DNA of 28,973 nucleotides. It comes from Acetobacteraceae bacterium. GTDB lineage: Bacteria; Pseudomonadota; Alphaproteobacteria; Acetobacterales; Acetobacteraceae. The stretch spans positions 1 through 28,973 of the forward strand of contig JAYTTA010000157.1 of NCBI GenBank assembly GCA_043745345.1. The letters run 5' to 3'. Below the pieces are notes generated by a model. That model did not search any database. It was not told the DNA's origin and saw nothing but the letters and a program-made list of their open reading frames with translations. Shown here piece by piece: positions 19,770 to 28,973 of the stretch. Within the stretch, counting starts at the first letter, position 1; every line of letters begins with the position of its first letter. A program made the translations under genes and the position numbers.

Positions 19770-20683
19770 GATGGCACCCCGACTCGGTGGATTTCCCATT
19801 CGAGGGTGACGCCGGAGGCGGAAAACACGCGGCGGCGGACTTCGTCACCAAGCCCTTCGAGGTCGGCGGCGGTGGCGGTGCCCTCGTTGATCAGGAAGTT
19901 GCAGTGTTTCTCCGAGACGATCGCGCCGCCACGGACCAGGCCGCGGCAGCCGGCGCCGTCAATCAGCTCCCACGCCTTCATTGCAGGCGGATTTCGGAAG
20001 GTCGAACCGCCGGTGCGGGCGCGGACCGGCTGGGTCCTTTCGCGATTGTTGCCAATTTCCGCCATGTGGGCGGCGATCGTTGCCGGGGCGCCGGACCGCG
20101 CCATCAGCCGGGCGCGAACGATCACGGCACCGGCCGGGATACGGGCGTGGCGGTAGCTGAAATGCAGCTCATTGGCGGTCAGCCGGATGGTTTCGCCCGA
20201 GCGCAGCACGATCTCCGCCCAGTCCAGGCATTGCGAAACGTCGCCGCCATAGGCGCCGGCGTTCATGGCGATGGCGCCGCCGAGCGATCCCGGGATGCCG
20301 GAGAGGAATTCGAGGCCAGCCAGCCCGGCGGCGGCGGCATGCTCGGCGACGGTGACGTCGAGTGCCGCGGCGCCGGCAACGACCCCGTCGGTTTCGACCT
20401 TGATGCCGGAAAAGCCGCGCGCCAGGCGGAAGGTGACGCCTGGCAGGCCGCCATCGCGGATGATCACGTTGGAGCACGCGCCGAGCACCTGGGTCGGCAC
20501 GGTATGCGGCAGCTCGTGCAGGAAATCGGCGAGATCGGAAGCGTCGGCAGGCCGTACCAGCGCCTCGGCTGGGCCGCCGACGCGGAACCAGGTTTTTTCA
20601 GACAGCGCCGCGTTGACCTGCACTCGGCCGCGCAACGGCGGTAAGGTACTTGTTAGTACGCGGATGGCTTCCAGCGCTATCAT
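19766..20683 (-). CDS. murB: UDP-N-acetylenolpyruvoylglucosamine reductase (305 aa; start corrected from 20782)
   Basis: [56 protein letters not shown] and LEWEI. ATGA overlap with murC. Confidence 0.98.
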   Translation of the reverse strand: MIALEAIRVLTSTLPPLRGRVQVNAALSEKTWFRVGGPAEALVRPADASDLADFLHELPHTVPTQVLGACSNVIIRDGGLPGVTFRLARGFSGIKVETDGVVAGAAALDVTVAEHAAAAGLAGLEFLSGIPGSLGGAIAMNAGAYGGDVSQCLDWAEIVLRSGETIRLTANELHFSYRHARIPAGAVIVRARLMARSGAPATIAAHMAEIGNNRERTQPVRARTGGSTFRNPPAMKAWELIDGAGCRGLVRGGAIVSEKHCNFLINEGTATAADLEGLGDEVRRRVFSASGVTLEWEIHRVGVPS

Positions 20684-22146
20684 GCCGCGTCCCCGGCGCG
20701 GATATGAATCGGTGCGTCTCCGACGCGGCGCCCACCGCCGGTCTGCAACGCGGCAAGCTCCGCGGGCAGGGTCTGCGCCCATTGGGAAATATTGCCGGCG
20801 CCGAGGCAGATGACGAAATCGCCGGGCTGGGCGATGGCGAAAACCATCTCGGCAAGGTGCGCCGGGCCGGGCAGGCCGACCACCGAGCGATGGCCGCGAG
20901 CACGCAGCCCCTCGACCAGCGCGTCGCGGTTAACGCCGGCTAGGGGGGCTTCTCCGGCGGCGTAGATGTCGGTGACGATTACCGTGCCGGCATCGTTCAT
21001 GCAGGTGCAGAACTCGTTGAACAGTGCGGACACACGCGAAAAACGATGCGGCTGGACGACAGCGATGACGTTGTTGGCGCCGGCCTGGCGGGCCGCCTTC
21101 AGCACCGCCGCGATCTCGACCGGGTGATGGCCATAATCGTCGATGATGGTGATGCCGCCGGCCTCGCCGGTCTTGGTGAATCGGCGTTTCACCCCCTTGA
21201 AGCCGAGGAAGGCGGTGCGCAGCGTGTTGTCGTCGATTTCCATTTCGACGCCGACGGCGATCGCCGCCAGCGCGTTCTGGATGTTGTGGTTGCCGAGCAT
21301 CGGCAGCCGCATGCGGTCGATCTTGCGGGTGCGGCGGCGAGTGCGGTCGGTGACCATGACCTCGAAGGTCGAGCCGGCGCGGTCGGAGCGGACGTTCTCG
21401 GCGCGGATGTCGGCCTGCTGCGAGAAGCCGTAGGTGATGATGCGGTGATCGGACAGCCGCGGGATCATCTGCTGCACCGCCGGATGGTCGATGCACAGCA
21501 CGGCGAAACCGTAAAAGGGTATGTTGGAGACGAACTGATCGTAGCCGGCAACCATCGCCTCGGGCGTGCCCCAGTAGTCGAGATGCTCGGGATCCATGTT
21601 AGTGACCACTGAAATCACCGCGGGCAGCCGCAGAAAGCTGCCATCGCTCTCATCGGCCTCGACCACCATCCAGTCGCCGGCGCCGAGCCGCGTGTTGGTG
21701 CCGTAGGCGTTGATGATGCCGCCGTTGATGACTGTCGGATCGAGCTTGGCCTGCTCCAGCACGGCGGCGATCAGGCTGGTGGTGGTGGTCTTGCCATGGG
21801 TGCCGCCGATGGCGATCGCCCATTTCAGCCGCATCAATTCGGCCAGCATTTCGGCGCGGCGTACAACCGGGATCATTTTTCCCCGCGCGGCCATGACCTC
21901 CGGATTATCGCGCCTGACCGCGGTCGAGGTGACGACGACCTGGGCGGCGCCGAGATTTTCTGGGTTGTGGCCGATCGCGACGGGGATGCCGGAGTCGCGC
22001 AGCCGGCGGACGTTGGCGCCGTCGGCGATGTCGCTGCCCTGCACCGCGTAGCCGAGGTTGTGCAGCACCTCGGCTATGCCAGACATGCCGATGCCGCCGA
22101 TGCCGACGAAGTGGATGGTGCCGATCGATAGCGGCAGTGCCCTCAT
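20680..22146 (-). CDS. murC: UDP-N-acetylmuramate--L-alanine ligase (488 aa)
   Basis: [59 protein letters not shown] and QPHRFSR. Confidence 0.99.
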   Translation of the reverse strand: MRALPLSIGTIHFVGIGGIGMSGIAEVLHNLGYAVQGSDIADGANVRRLRDSGIPVAIGHNPENLGAAQVVVTSTAVRRDNPEVMAARGKMIPVVRRAEMLAELMRLKWAIAIGGTHGKTTTTSLIAAVLEQAKLDPTVINGGIINAYGTNTRLGAGDWMVVEADESDGSFLRLPAVISVVTNMDPEHLDYWGTPEAMVAGYDQFVSNIPFYGFAVLCIDHPAVQQMIPRLSDHRIITYGFSQQADIRAENVRSDRAGSTFEVMVTDRTRRRTRKIDRMRLPMLGNHNIQNALAAIAVGVEMEIDDNTLRTAFLGFKGVKRRFTKTGEAGGITIIDDYGHHPVEIAAVLKAARQAGANNVIAVVQPHRFSRVSALFNEFCTCMNDAGTVIVTDIYAAGEAPLAGVNRDALVEGLRARGHRSVVGLPGPAHLAEMVFAIAQPGDFVICLGAGNISQWAQTLPAELAALQTGGGRRVGDAPIHIRAGDAA

Positions 22147-23258
22147 TTTGCGGCGTCCTGGAAGATATGCGCTTCGACAAGGTCGGCGAGGCTGGCGGCG
22201 GCATCAGCGCGGCCATGGGTGCGGGCGGCGGCGGCGGCGGCGCACAGACCGGAAGAATCCTGCAGATGCCGTTCGAGAATTCGGGTCAGGGAAGCGGCGG
22301 TGAAACTTTGCTGCGCCATAACGAGCGCGGCGCCGTTGGCGGCAAGGGCTGCGGCATTGGCGCTCTGGTGGTCGTCGATCGCGCCGGGCAGCGGAACCAG
22401 GATCGAAGGCTTTCCGGCAGCGGCAATTTCAAAAATGGTGGAGGCGCCGGCACGCGCGATCACCAGATGGGCACAGGCCAGACGCTTTTCGATATCGGTG
22501 AAGAATGTCTCGATCGTGGCGCTGACGGCCATGGTGAGGTACCCAGTCCGCACCCGGTCGATGTCCTCGGCGCGGCATTGCTGGACGATGCGCAGGCGCG
22601 CTCGCAAGCCGGCGGGCAGGGCGGCGATGGCTGGTGGAATGACATCGGAAAACACCCGGGCGCCGAGCGAGCCGCCGAGCACCAGCAGTTCGATCTCGTC
22701 CAGCGGAGGCAGGTAATTGCCTTGGGCAAGTTCGGCGATGGCCGGGCGGATCGGATTGCCGGTGACGATGGACTTTGTTCCGGCCGGAACCTTCCTCGTC
22801 GCCTCGATGCTTAGCGCCAGCACGTCGCAGGCGCGGGCAAGAAACCGGTTGGCACGGCCGAGCACGGCGTTCTGCTCGTGCAGGATCAGCGCCGGACGGC
22901 GGCCCAACAGACGGGCGGCCAGAATGGGCGCCACAGAGGGATAGCCGCCGAAGCCGACAATGGCGGCGGCATCCATCCGGCCAAGGATCTTTCGTGCCTG
23001 CACCACGCCCGCCGCGAGCGAAAGACCGGCCATCGCCGCGCGCGCCGTGCCGCGCCCGGCGACTCCGGCGCCGCGAACGGTAAAAGATTCACGGCCGGCG
23101 AAGATCGGGCTGGCGAGACTGCCGGAACGCGCGTCGGTCATCAGCACAATGCGGTTGCCCCGCGCGATCAGGGCGCTAGCCAGCGCCTCGGCGGGAAAGA
23201 AATGCCCGCCGGTGCCGCCGGCGGCGATGACGATGGGCCGCACCGGATTACCCCTCAT
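22143..23258 (-). CDS. murG: MurG GlcNAc transferase (371 aa)
   Basis: [48 protein letters not shown] and DHQSANA. Confidence 0.98.
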   Translation of the reverse strand: MRGNPVRPIVIAAGGTGGHFFPAEALASALIARGNRIVLMTDARSGSLASPIFAGRESFTVRGAGVAGRGTARAAMAGLSLAAGVVQARKILGRMDAAAIVGFGGYPSVAPILAARLLGRRPALILHEQNAVLGRANRFLARACDVLALSIEATRKVPAGTKSIVTGNPIRPAIAELAQGNYLPPLDEIELLVLGGSLGARVFSDVIPPAIAALPAGLRARLRIVQQCRAEDIDRVRTGYLTMAVSATIETFFTDIEKRLACAHLVIARAGASTIFEIAAAGKPSILVPLPGAIDDHQSANAAALAANGAALVMAQQSFTAASLTRILERHLQDSSGLCAAAAAARTHGRADAAASLADLVEAHIFQDAAK

Positions 23259-24376
23259 GGAGCGTCTCCGTGATGGCGGCGGCGGGTCAGCGCTAGCAGC
23301 ATGCCCATGCCCAGCGCCACGGCCAATGCCGAGGAACCGCCATAGGAGATGAACGGCAGGGTCATGCCCTTGGTCGGGATCAGCGCCAGGGAGGACGCCA
23401 TGTTGACAAAGGCCTGCAAGCCGAACCCGGCGACGAGACCGGTGCAGGCCAGCACGATGAACAGATCCTGCTCGCGAACCAGGCGCAGCAACCCGCGCAG
23501 CACGATGAAGGCGAAGATGCCGAGGATGGCCAGGCAGATCAGCAGCCCGAATTCTTCGCCGGCAACGGCAAAGACAAAGTCGGCATGCGCGTCGGGCAGG
23601 TGGTCCTTGACGCTGCCTTCACCCGGGCCGCGTCCGAGCAGCCCACCATTGCCGAATGCCTCCAGTGCCATGGTCGGCTGGTAAGCGCTCTCGATCGTCG
23701 GGTGGAGAAACTTCTGCACCCGCATCTGGACATGCGGGAACAGCAGGTAGGCCGATGCGGCGGCACCGCCGAGGCCAAGCGCACCAATGCCGACCAGGAA
23801 GACGTTCAGCCCGCCGATGTAGAGCTGGATGAAGAACACCGCGGTGACCACCGCCAGCATCCCAATGTCGGGCTGCGACTTCAGTAGGAAGGCGATGATC
23901 GCAAAGATCGATACAGCGATCGGAATGCCGTAGAAGGCTGGGCTGCGACGGCCCTCGCTGATCATCCAGGCGGCGACTACGGCAAAGCAGGGCTTTAAAA
24001 ACTCGCTCGGCTGCAACGACATGCCGGGCAACGAGATCCAACGCCGCGCACCCTTGATCTCCATGCCGGTGACCAGGGTCGCGGCGGTCAGGGCGAGTGC
24101 GATGACGCAGCCGATCAGCGCCAGCCTTCGGATGCCGCGCGGCGACAGCAGCGAGACGGCGACGACGACCCCACCGGCCAGTGCCAGGAAAATCACCTGC
24201 TTGAAGATGAAGATGTCGCGCGACTGGCCGATGCGTTCGGCGACCGCCGGGCTCGCTGCCAGCATCATGATGTAGCCGACGCCGATCAAGGTGCCGATGG
24301 CGCCGAGCGTCCACCGGTCGACGGTCCACCACCACCGGCCAAGCGTCGAATTGTCGGCGCGGGAAAGTGCCGGCAT
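23255..24376 (-). CDS. ftsW: SEDS peptidoglycan polymerase FtsW (373 aa)
   Basis: WWWTVDRW, KGARRWI, QPSEFLKP, QPDIG, GRGPGEG, PDAHADFVFAVAGEEFG and TKGMTLPFISYGGSS. Confidence 0.98.
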   Translation of the reverse strand: MPALSRADNSTLGRWWWTVDRWTLGAIGTLIGVGYIMMLAASPAVAERIGQSRDIFIFKQVIFLALAGGVVVAVSLLSPRGIRRLALIGCVIALALTAATLVTGMEIKGARRWISLPGMSLQPSEFLKPCFAVVAAWMISEGRRSPAFYGIPIAVSIFAIIAFLLKSQPDIGMLAVVTAVFFIQLYIGGLNVFLVGIGALGLGGAAASAYLLFPHVQMRVQKFLHPTIESAYQPTMALEAFGNGGLLGRGPGEGSVKDHLPDAHADFVFAVAGEEFGLLICLAILGIFAFIVLRGLLRLVREQDLFIVLACTGLVAGFGLQAFVNMASSLALIPTKGMTLPFISYGGSSALAVALGMGMLLALTRRRHHGDAP

Positions 24377-25746
24377 CAGGCGGCCCTGCCGCAGGAAAGC
24401 GCCTGAACGAGTTCCGAAAACTTTTCCCCGCGCGCCTCAAAACCGGAAAACTGGTCGAAGCTGGCGCAGGCCGGCGACAGCAGCACGGTGTCTGCCACGT
24501 GCGCCCGGGCTACTTGAAGCGCCGTGGGGACCGCGTTCTCCAACGTGCTGGCGATGTGGTGGCTGACGCCGTGCGCGGCCAGCGTCTCGGCCAGAACCGG
24601 CGCGTCGCGGCCGATCAGCTCGGCATGGACGATGCGGGGGAAGTATTCTGCCAGCGCCGCGATGCCGCCTGCTTTCGCCTGGCCGCCGGCGATCCAGACC
24701 ACCCGGTCGTAGCAGCCCAGCGCCCGCGCCGCAGCATCGGCGTTGGTGGCTTTGCTGTCGTTGACGAAACTTATATCTCCGACATGACCGACCACCTGCT
24801 GGCGATGCGCCAGGCCGGCAAAGGAGCGGATCGCATCGGCGATTGTCGGGCGGTCGATGCCTAAGGCGAGCGCAATCGCGGTTGCCGCGGCAACGTTCTG
24901 GGCATTGTGCGCGCCGGGCAGTGCCGGCGCCTCATCCATCGACAGGATCTCCCCCGCCGCGTCTCGGACGGTTCCGTTGTCACACCAGAAATCCGCTCGC
25001 CGATGGCCGGAGATAGTGACCAACCGGGACGCACGGCCGTGCATCGCCGAGGCCACGGCGATACTCTCCGTGTCATCGATGCCGATGACGGCAACATCGC
25101 CCGCCAGCTGACGATCGAACACGCGGCTTTTCGCATGCGCGTAACCGTCCATGTCGCCATGGCGGTCAAGATGGTCCGGGCTGAGGTTAAGCATGGCAGC
25201 GGCATCGAACCGGATGGTTGCGATTCGCTCCAACATGTAAGACGACATCTCAAGAATATAGACGCTGTCATCATTGAGCAGCGCCAGCGCCAGCGCCGGT
25301 GTTCCGAAATTGCCGCCGATGCCGTTGGCGATGCCGGCCGCGGTCAGAATATGCGCGAGCAGCGCCGTAGTGGTCGACTTGCCGTTAGTGCCGGTGATGC
25401 CGACGAATTTTGCCTGTGACCCGGCCTGGCGAACCGCCCGGAACAGCAGCTCGGCATCGGAAAGGATCGGTATTCTTCTCTCTGACGCCCATGCCGCCAG
25501 CCGGTGCGGCTGCGGCAAGTGGTGCGGAATGCCGGGCGACAGGATCAGCGCGTCGAACGAACCCCGATCGAGGCTGGGATCGGCGATCGGAACATCGGTA
25601 ATAGCGCGTGCGTTGGGCGAATCGTCCCAAGCCAGCACGTCGGCGCCGATGGCAATCAGGGCGCGCGCCACTGGCAGGCCGTTGCGTCCAAGACCGACGA
25701 CGGCGAAGCGTTTTCCCGCGAACAGGTCTGGAGAAAACGATGTCAT
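24376..25746 (-). CDS. murD: MurD ligase (456 aa; start corrected from 25830)
   Basis: [44 protein letters not shown] and [14 protein letters not shown] overlap with mraY. Confidence 0.98.
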   Translation of the reverse strand: MTSFSPDLFAGKRFAVVGLGRNGLPVARALIAIGADVLAWDDSPNARAITDVPIADPSLDRGSFDALILSPGIPHHLPQPHRLAAWASERRIPILSDAELLFRAVRQAGSQAKFVGITGTNGKSTTTALLAHILTAAGIANGIGGNFGTPALALALLNDDSVYILEMSSYMLERIATIRFDAAAMLNLSPDHLDRHGDMDGYAHAKSRVFDRQLAGDVAVIGIDDTESIAVASAMHGRASRLVTISGHRRADFWCDNGTVRDAAGEILSMDEAPALPGAHNAQNVAAATAIALALGIDRPTIADAIRSFAGLAHRQQVVGHVGDISFVNDSKATNADAAARALGCYDRVVWIAGGQAKAGGIAALAEYFPRIVHAELIGRDAPVLAETLAAHGVSHHIASTLENAVPTALQVARAHVADTVLLSPACASFDQFSGFEARGEKFSELVQALSCGRAA

Positions 25747-26831
25747 CGGATCTTCAGCGTCGCCAGGCCGATTAGGGCAAGGATTATCGAAATGATCCAA
25801 AATCGAATGACGATGGTCGCCTCGGCCCAACCCTTCTTCTCAAAATGGTGGTGCAGCGGCGCCATCAGAAACACCCGACGCTGGGTGCGCTTGTACCAAA
25901 ACACCTGAATGATGACCGACACCGTTTCGACCACGAACAGGCCGCCGACGATCATCAGCACGATTTCATGCTTGGTCGCGACCGCGACGGCGCCAAGTGC
26001 CCCACCCAGCGCCAAAGATCCGGTGTCGCCCATGAACACCGCCGCCGGCGGCGCGTTGAACCACAGGAAGCCAAGCCCGGCCCCGACTAGCGCCGAGCAG
26101 AACACCGCCAGCTCGCCGACGCCCGGTACCGGGTTGAGCTGGAGATAATCGGCAAAGATGCGGTTGCCGACCAGGTAGGCGATGAGAGCAAAGACGCTGG
26201 CGGCGATGATCGTCGGCACGATCGCCAGGCCATCCAACCCGTCGGTCAGGTTGACGGCGTTGGAGCTGCCCTGCATCACGAACATTGCGAACACCGGAAA
26301 AACGAATCCGAGCGGCAACAGCAGGTCCTTGAACACCGGAAACGTCAGCGTGGTCCCAAGCGCCGATCGATTGAGCGAGACGATCCAGATGCCCGCGACC
26401 AGCCCGATCACCGCCTGGACCCACATCTTGGTGCGGCCCGACACGCCCTTGTGGCTGCGCTGGGACAACTTCTGAAAATCATCGATGAAGCCCAAGCCGC
26501 CATAACCGAAGGTGACGAACAGCACCGCCCAGACGTAACCGCTGCGCAAATCCGCCCACAGCAGGGTCGAAAGCCCGAGTGCGAACAGGATCAGCACGCC
26601 GCCCATGGTCGGCGTGCCCTTCTTCTCGACCAAATGGCGCGCCGGACCGTCCTCGCGGATCGGCTGGCCCTGGCGCTGCACCGATTTCAACCACCGGATC
26701 AGCGCTGGTCCCAACAGCAATGCCAAGACCAGCGCGGTCAGGCAGGCGACGCCCGAGCGGAAGGTGATGTAGCGGATCAGGTTGAACAGGATGAACTGGT
26801 CAGCGAGCGGGCGGAGCAGGTTGAATAGCAT
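25743..26831 (-). CDS. mraY: Phospho-MurNAc-pentapeptide translocase MraY (362 aa; start corrected from 27266)
   Basis: [33 protein letters not shown] and [13 protein letters not shown] overlap with murF. Confidence 0.99.
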   Translation of the reverse strand: MLFNLLRPLADQFILFNLIRYITFRSGVACLTALVLALLLGPALIRWLKSVQRQGQPIREDGPARHLVEKKGTPTMGGVLILFALGLSTLLWADLRSGYVWAVLFVTFGYGGLGFIDDFQKLSQRSHKGVSGRTKMWVQAVIGLVAGIWIVSLNRSALGTTLTFPVFKDLLLPLGFVFPVFAMFVMQGSSNAVNLTDGLDGLAIVPTIIAASVFALIAYLVGNRIFADYLQLNPVPGVGELAVFCSALVGAGLGFLWFNAPPAAVFMGDTGSLALGGALGAVAVATKHEIVLMIVGGLFVVETVSVIIQVFWYKRTQRRVFLMAPLHHHFEKKGWAEATIVIRFWIISIILALIGLATLKIR

Positions 26832-28219
26832 CAGCCGTGCCCCGCCAGCGCGGCTTCGTCGGCCAACGCCTCGATCGCGCCCACCACGTCGCGCATCCGG
26901 CTGCCGAGGCTTCCCTTGACCAGCACGACATCGCCCGACCGAAGCACGCCGGCCACAATCGGCGCCAGATCGGCGGCGGTGTCGGCATGCGCGCCGCGCT
27001 TTGCCGCAGGAATTGCGGCAAAAAGGTGGCGGGTGAGGCTGCCGCAGGTGAAAACCAGATCGGCCGCCCTGTCCACGTCGGGGGCGAGGCCGGCATGTTC
27101 GGCCGGGCCAATATCGCCGAGTTCCAGCATGTCGCCGAGCACTGCGATGCGGCGTCGAGCCGGTTGCAGCCCCAGAACGTCGAGCGCTGCACGAACCGAG
27201 GCACCCGACGCGTTGTAGCTCTCGTCCAGCAGCAGGGCGGTTCCGCCTTCCAGCTTCAGGCACCATCGCGCGCCACGACCCGATATCGGGGTGAATTTTT
27301 CAAGCGCTTCGGCGGATCGGATGGGGTCGGCGCCGAGCGCCATCGCGGCTGCCAACGCCGCGGCCGCGTTCATCGCCATGTGCGAGCCGGGAGCATTTAG
27401 CCAAAGACGAACATCCTGGCCGAGCAGGCGTATTTCGAGGTAGCTGCCGGAAGCCTCAGAGGTGACCGTCATCAGCCGCGCCTCAGCCGACTCAGATCGG
27501 CCGAAACGCAGCACACGGGCGTCGCCGGCCGCGGCCTCCATCTGCGTAAGAAAGGGACCGTCGGCCGGCAGCACGGCGGTGCCGCCCGGAAGCAGGCCCC
27601 GCAACAGGGTGGCTTTCTCGGCGGCGATGGCGTCGAGGCTGCCGAGATGGCCGACATGATTCTTCGCGATCGCCGTGATCACCGCGACATGGGGCTCGGC
27701 CAAGCGCGCCAACGGCTCGACCTCGCCGGCATGGTTCATGCCGATCTCAACCACCGCATGGACCGCGTCCGGTGGCATCCGCGCCAGGGTCAGCGGCACG
27801 CCCCAGTGATTGTTGTAGGAGGCGACGGCGGCGTGGGTGCCGGCCTGCGCCGCCAGGATGGTGCGCAGCATCTCCTTGGTCGTGGTCTTGCCGACGCTGC
27901 CGGTGATCGCCGCCAGCGCGCCGGCGAAGCGCTGCCGGGCAAAGGCGCCGAGCCGCACCAAGGCGGCCATGGTGTCGTCGGTCAGCAGCAGCTTTTCCAC
28001 GCCCGGAACGGCGCGGTGAACCAGCGCGCCAGCGGCACCGGCGGCGATCGCGGCGGCAACGTGGTCATGGCCGTCGCCACTGTCGCCGACCAGCGCAACA
28101 AACAGGTCGCCGGGCTTCAGCGTCCGGGTGTCGATCGACACACCGGTCGCGGCGAATCGGGAAACCAGCCGGCCGCCGGTGGCGTTTAGCAGGTCCTCGG
28201 CGTTCCAAAGCGGCCTCAT
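26831..28219 (-). CDS. murF: MurF ligase (462 aa)
   Basis: [49 protein letters not shown] and VKGS. Confidence 0.98.
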   Translation of the reverse strand: MRPLWNAEDLLNATGGRLVSRFAATGVSIDTRTLKPGDLFVALVGDSGDGHDHVAAAIAAGAAGALVHRAVPGVEKLLLTDDTMAALVRLGAFARQRFAGALAAITGSVGKTTTKEMLRTILAAQAGTHAAVASYNNHWGVPLTLARMPPDAVHAVVEIGMNHAGEVEPLARLAEPHVAVITAIAKNHVGHLGSLDAIAAEKATLLRGLLPGGTAVLPADGPFLTQMEAAAGDARVLRFGRSESAEARLMTVTSEASGSYLEIRLLGQDVRLWLNAPGSHMAMNAAAALAAAMALGADPIRSAEALEKFTPISGRGARWCLKLEGGTALLLDESYNASGASVRAALDVLGLQPARRRIAVLGDMLELGDIGPAEHAGLAPDVDRAADLVFTCGSLTRHLFAAIPAAKRGAHADTAADLAPIVAGVLRSGDVVLVKGSLGSRMRDVVGAIEALADEAALAGHG

Positions 28220-28973
28220 GCCAGCCGCCTGACGGTGTCGACGTCGTCGAATGGCATCGTGACGATGCCAACGGTCTGGCCCGGCTCATGGCCCTTGCCG
28301 GCGATCACCAGCACGTCGCCGGGACCGAGGTCGCCGAGGCCAGCCGCAATCGCCTTGGCCCGATCGCCAATCTCGATGGCGTCGGGGCAGGCGGCGAGTA
28401 TGGCGGCGCGGATAGCGGCGGGATCCTCGGTCCTTGGATTGTCGTCGGTGACGATGGCGCGGTCGGCGAGACGCGCGGCGATGGCACCCATTATCGCACG
28501 CTTGCCGTGATCGCGGTCGCCGCCGGCGCCGAATACGACATGCAGCCGCCTGGCATGGGGCCGAAGCGCCAGCAGCAGCCGTTCAAGCGCATCGGGGGTA
28601 TGGGCATAATCGACATAAACGGCCGCGCCGTTGGCCAGCCGGACCGCTAGCTCCATCCGTCCGCGCACCCCCGCAAGGCCGGACACGACGTCGATCGCGT
28701 GGTCCTCGCCGAGCGCCATCGCGAGGCCGAGCGCAAGCAGCACGTTGTCGGCCTGGAACCGGCCGGGCAGCCGGATTTCGACGTCATGCAGCCTGCCGTT
28801 CAGGCTCAGGCTCAGGCTCTGGCCGTTGGGCATCGGCGTCGCGCACAGCAGCCGAATCGTCTTTCCGGCTTCGCCCACCGTACAAAAGTCGAGCCGCCGG
28901 TCCTTCGCGATTTCGTACAGCGCGGAAAAAGTGACCGGGTCCATGTCGGCATTGGCGACAGCGATCGCGCCCG
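28216..28973 (-). CDS. murE: MurE ligase, C-terminal part (5' truncated by window edge), meso-DAP type
   Basis: The frame is open to the edge (GAIAVANAD before the track's MDPV). Motifs: GRFQADN, VRGRME, VDYAHTPDAL, GAGGDRD, DAP-specificity DNPR and AGKGHE. Confidence 0.97.
   Translation of the reverse strand, partial: GAIAVANADMDPVTFSALYEIAKDRRLDFCTVGEAGKTIRLLCATPMPNGQSLSLSLNGRLHDVEIRLPGRFQADNVLLALGLAMALGEDHAIDVVSGLAGVRGRMELAVRLANGAAVYVDYAHTPDALERLLLALRPHARRLHVVFGAGGDRDHGKRAIMGAIAARLADRAIVTDDNPRTEDPAAIRAAILAACPDAIEIGDRAKAIAAGLGDLGPGDVLVIAGKGHEPGQTVGIVTMPFDDVDTVRRLA

Overview
GC-rich alphaproteobacterial chromosomal window. The FtsZ, FtsA and FtsQ N-termini look Acetobacteraceae/Rhodospirillales-like, which is an inference. 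It is almost entirely housekeeping. On the minus strand: murE (partial)-murF-mraY-murD-ftsW-murG-murC-murB-ddl-ftsQ-ftsA-ftsZ-lpxC-bamD-recN-ligA-tkt-gap-pgk-galE. An Lrp/AsnC regulator lies on the plus strand, convergent with galE and divergent from trxB. It is followed on the minus strand by trxB, an LsrB/VtlR-like LysR regulator and an MFS transporter that runs off the left edge and is absent from the ORF track. I found no mobile element, CRISPR array, tRNA, rRNA or large novel gene system. Ten ORF-track starts are over-extended and were corrected from stop/start overlaps and family N-termini. The most unusual feature is a 59-nt spacer between ftsQ and ftsA. It contains a 15-bp tandem repeat and encodes a 20-aa mini-ORF (MKRTGMKRTGMKPVTPGALT) joined by ATGA overlaps to both the ftsQ stop and the ftsA start, so a 12-kb translational-coupling chain stays unbroken. 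Other candidates are structured leaders upstream of recN, lpxC and the LysR gene, a two-copy REP-like palindrome, and galE coupled to pgk. All were read by eye; functional interpretations are hypotheses.
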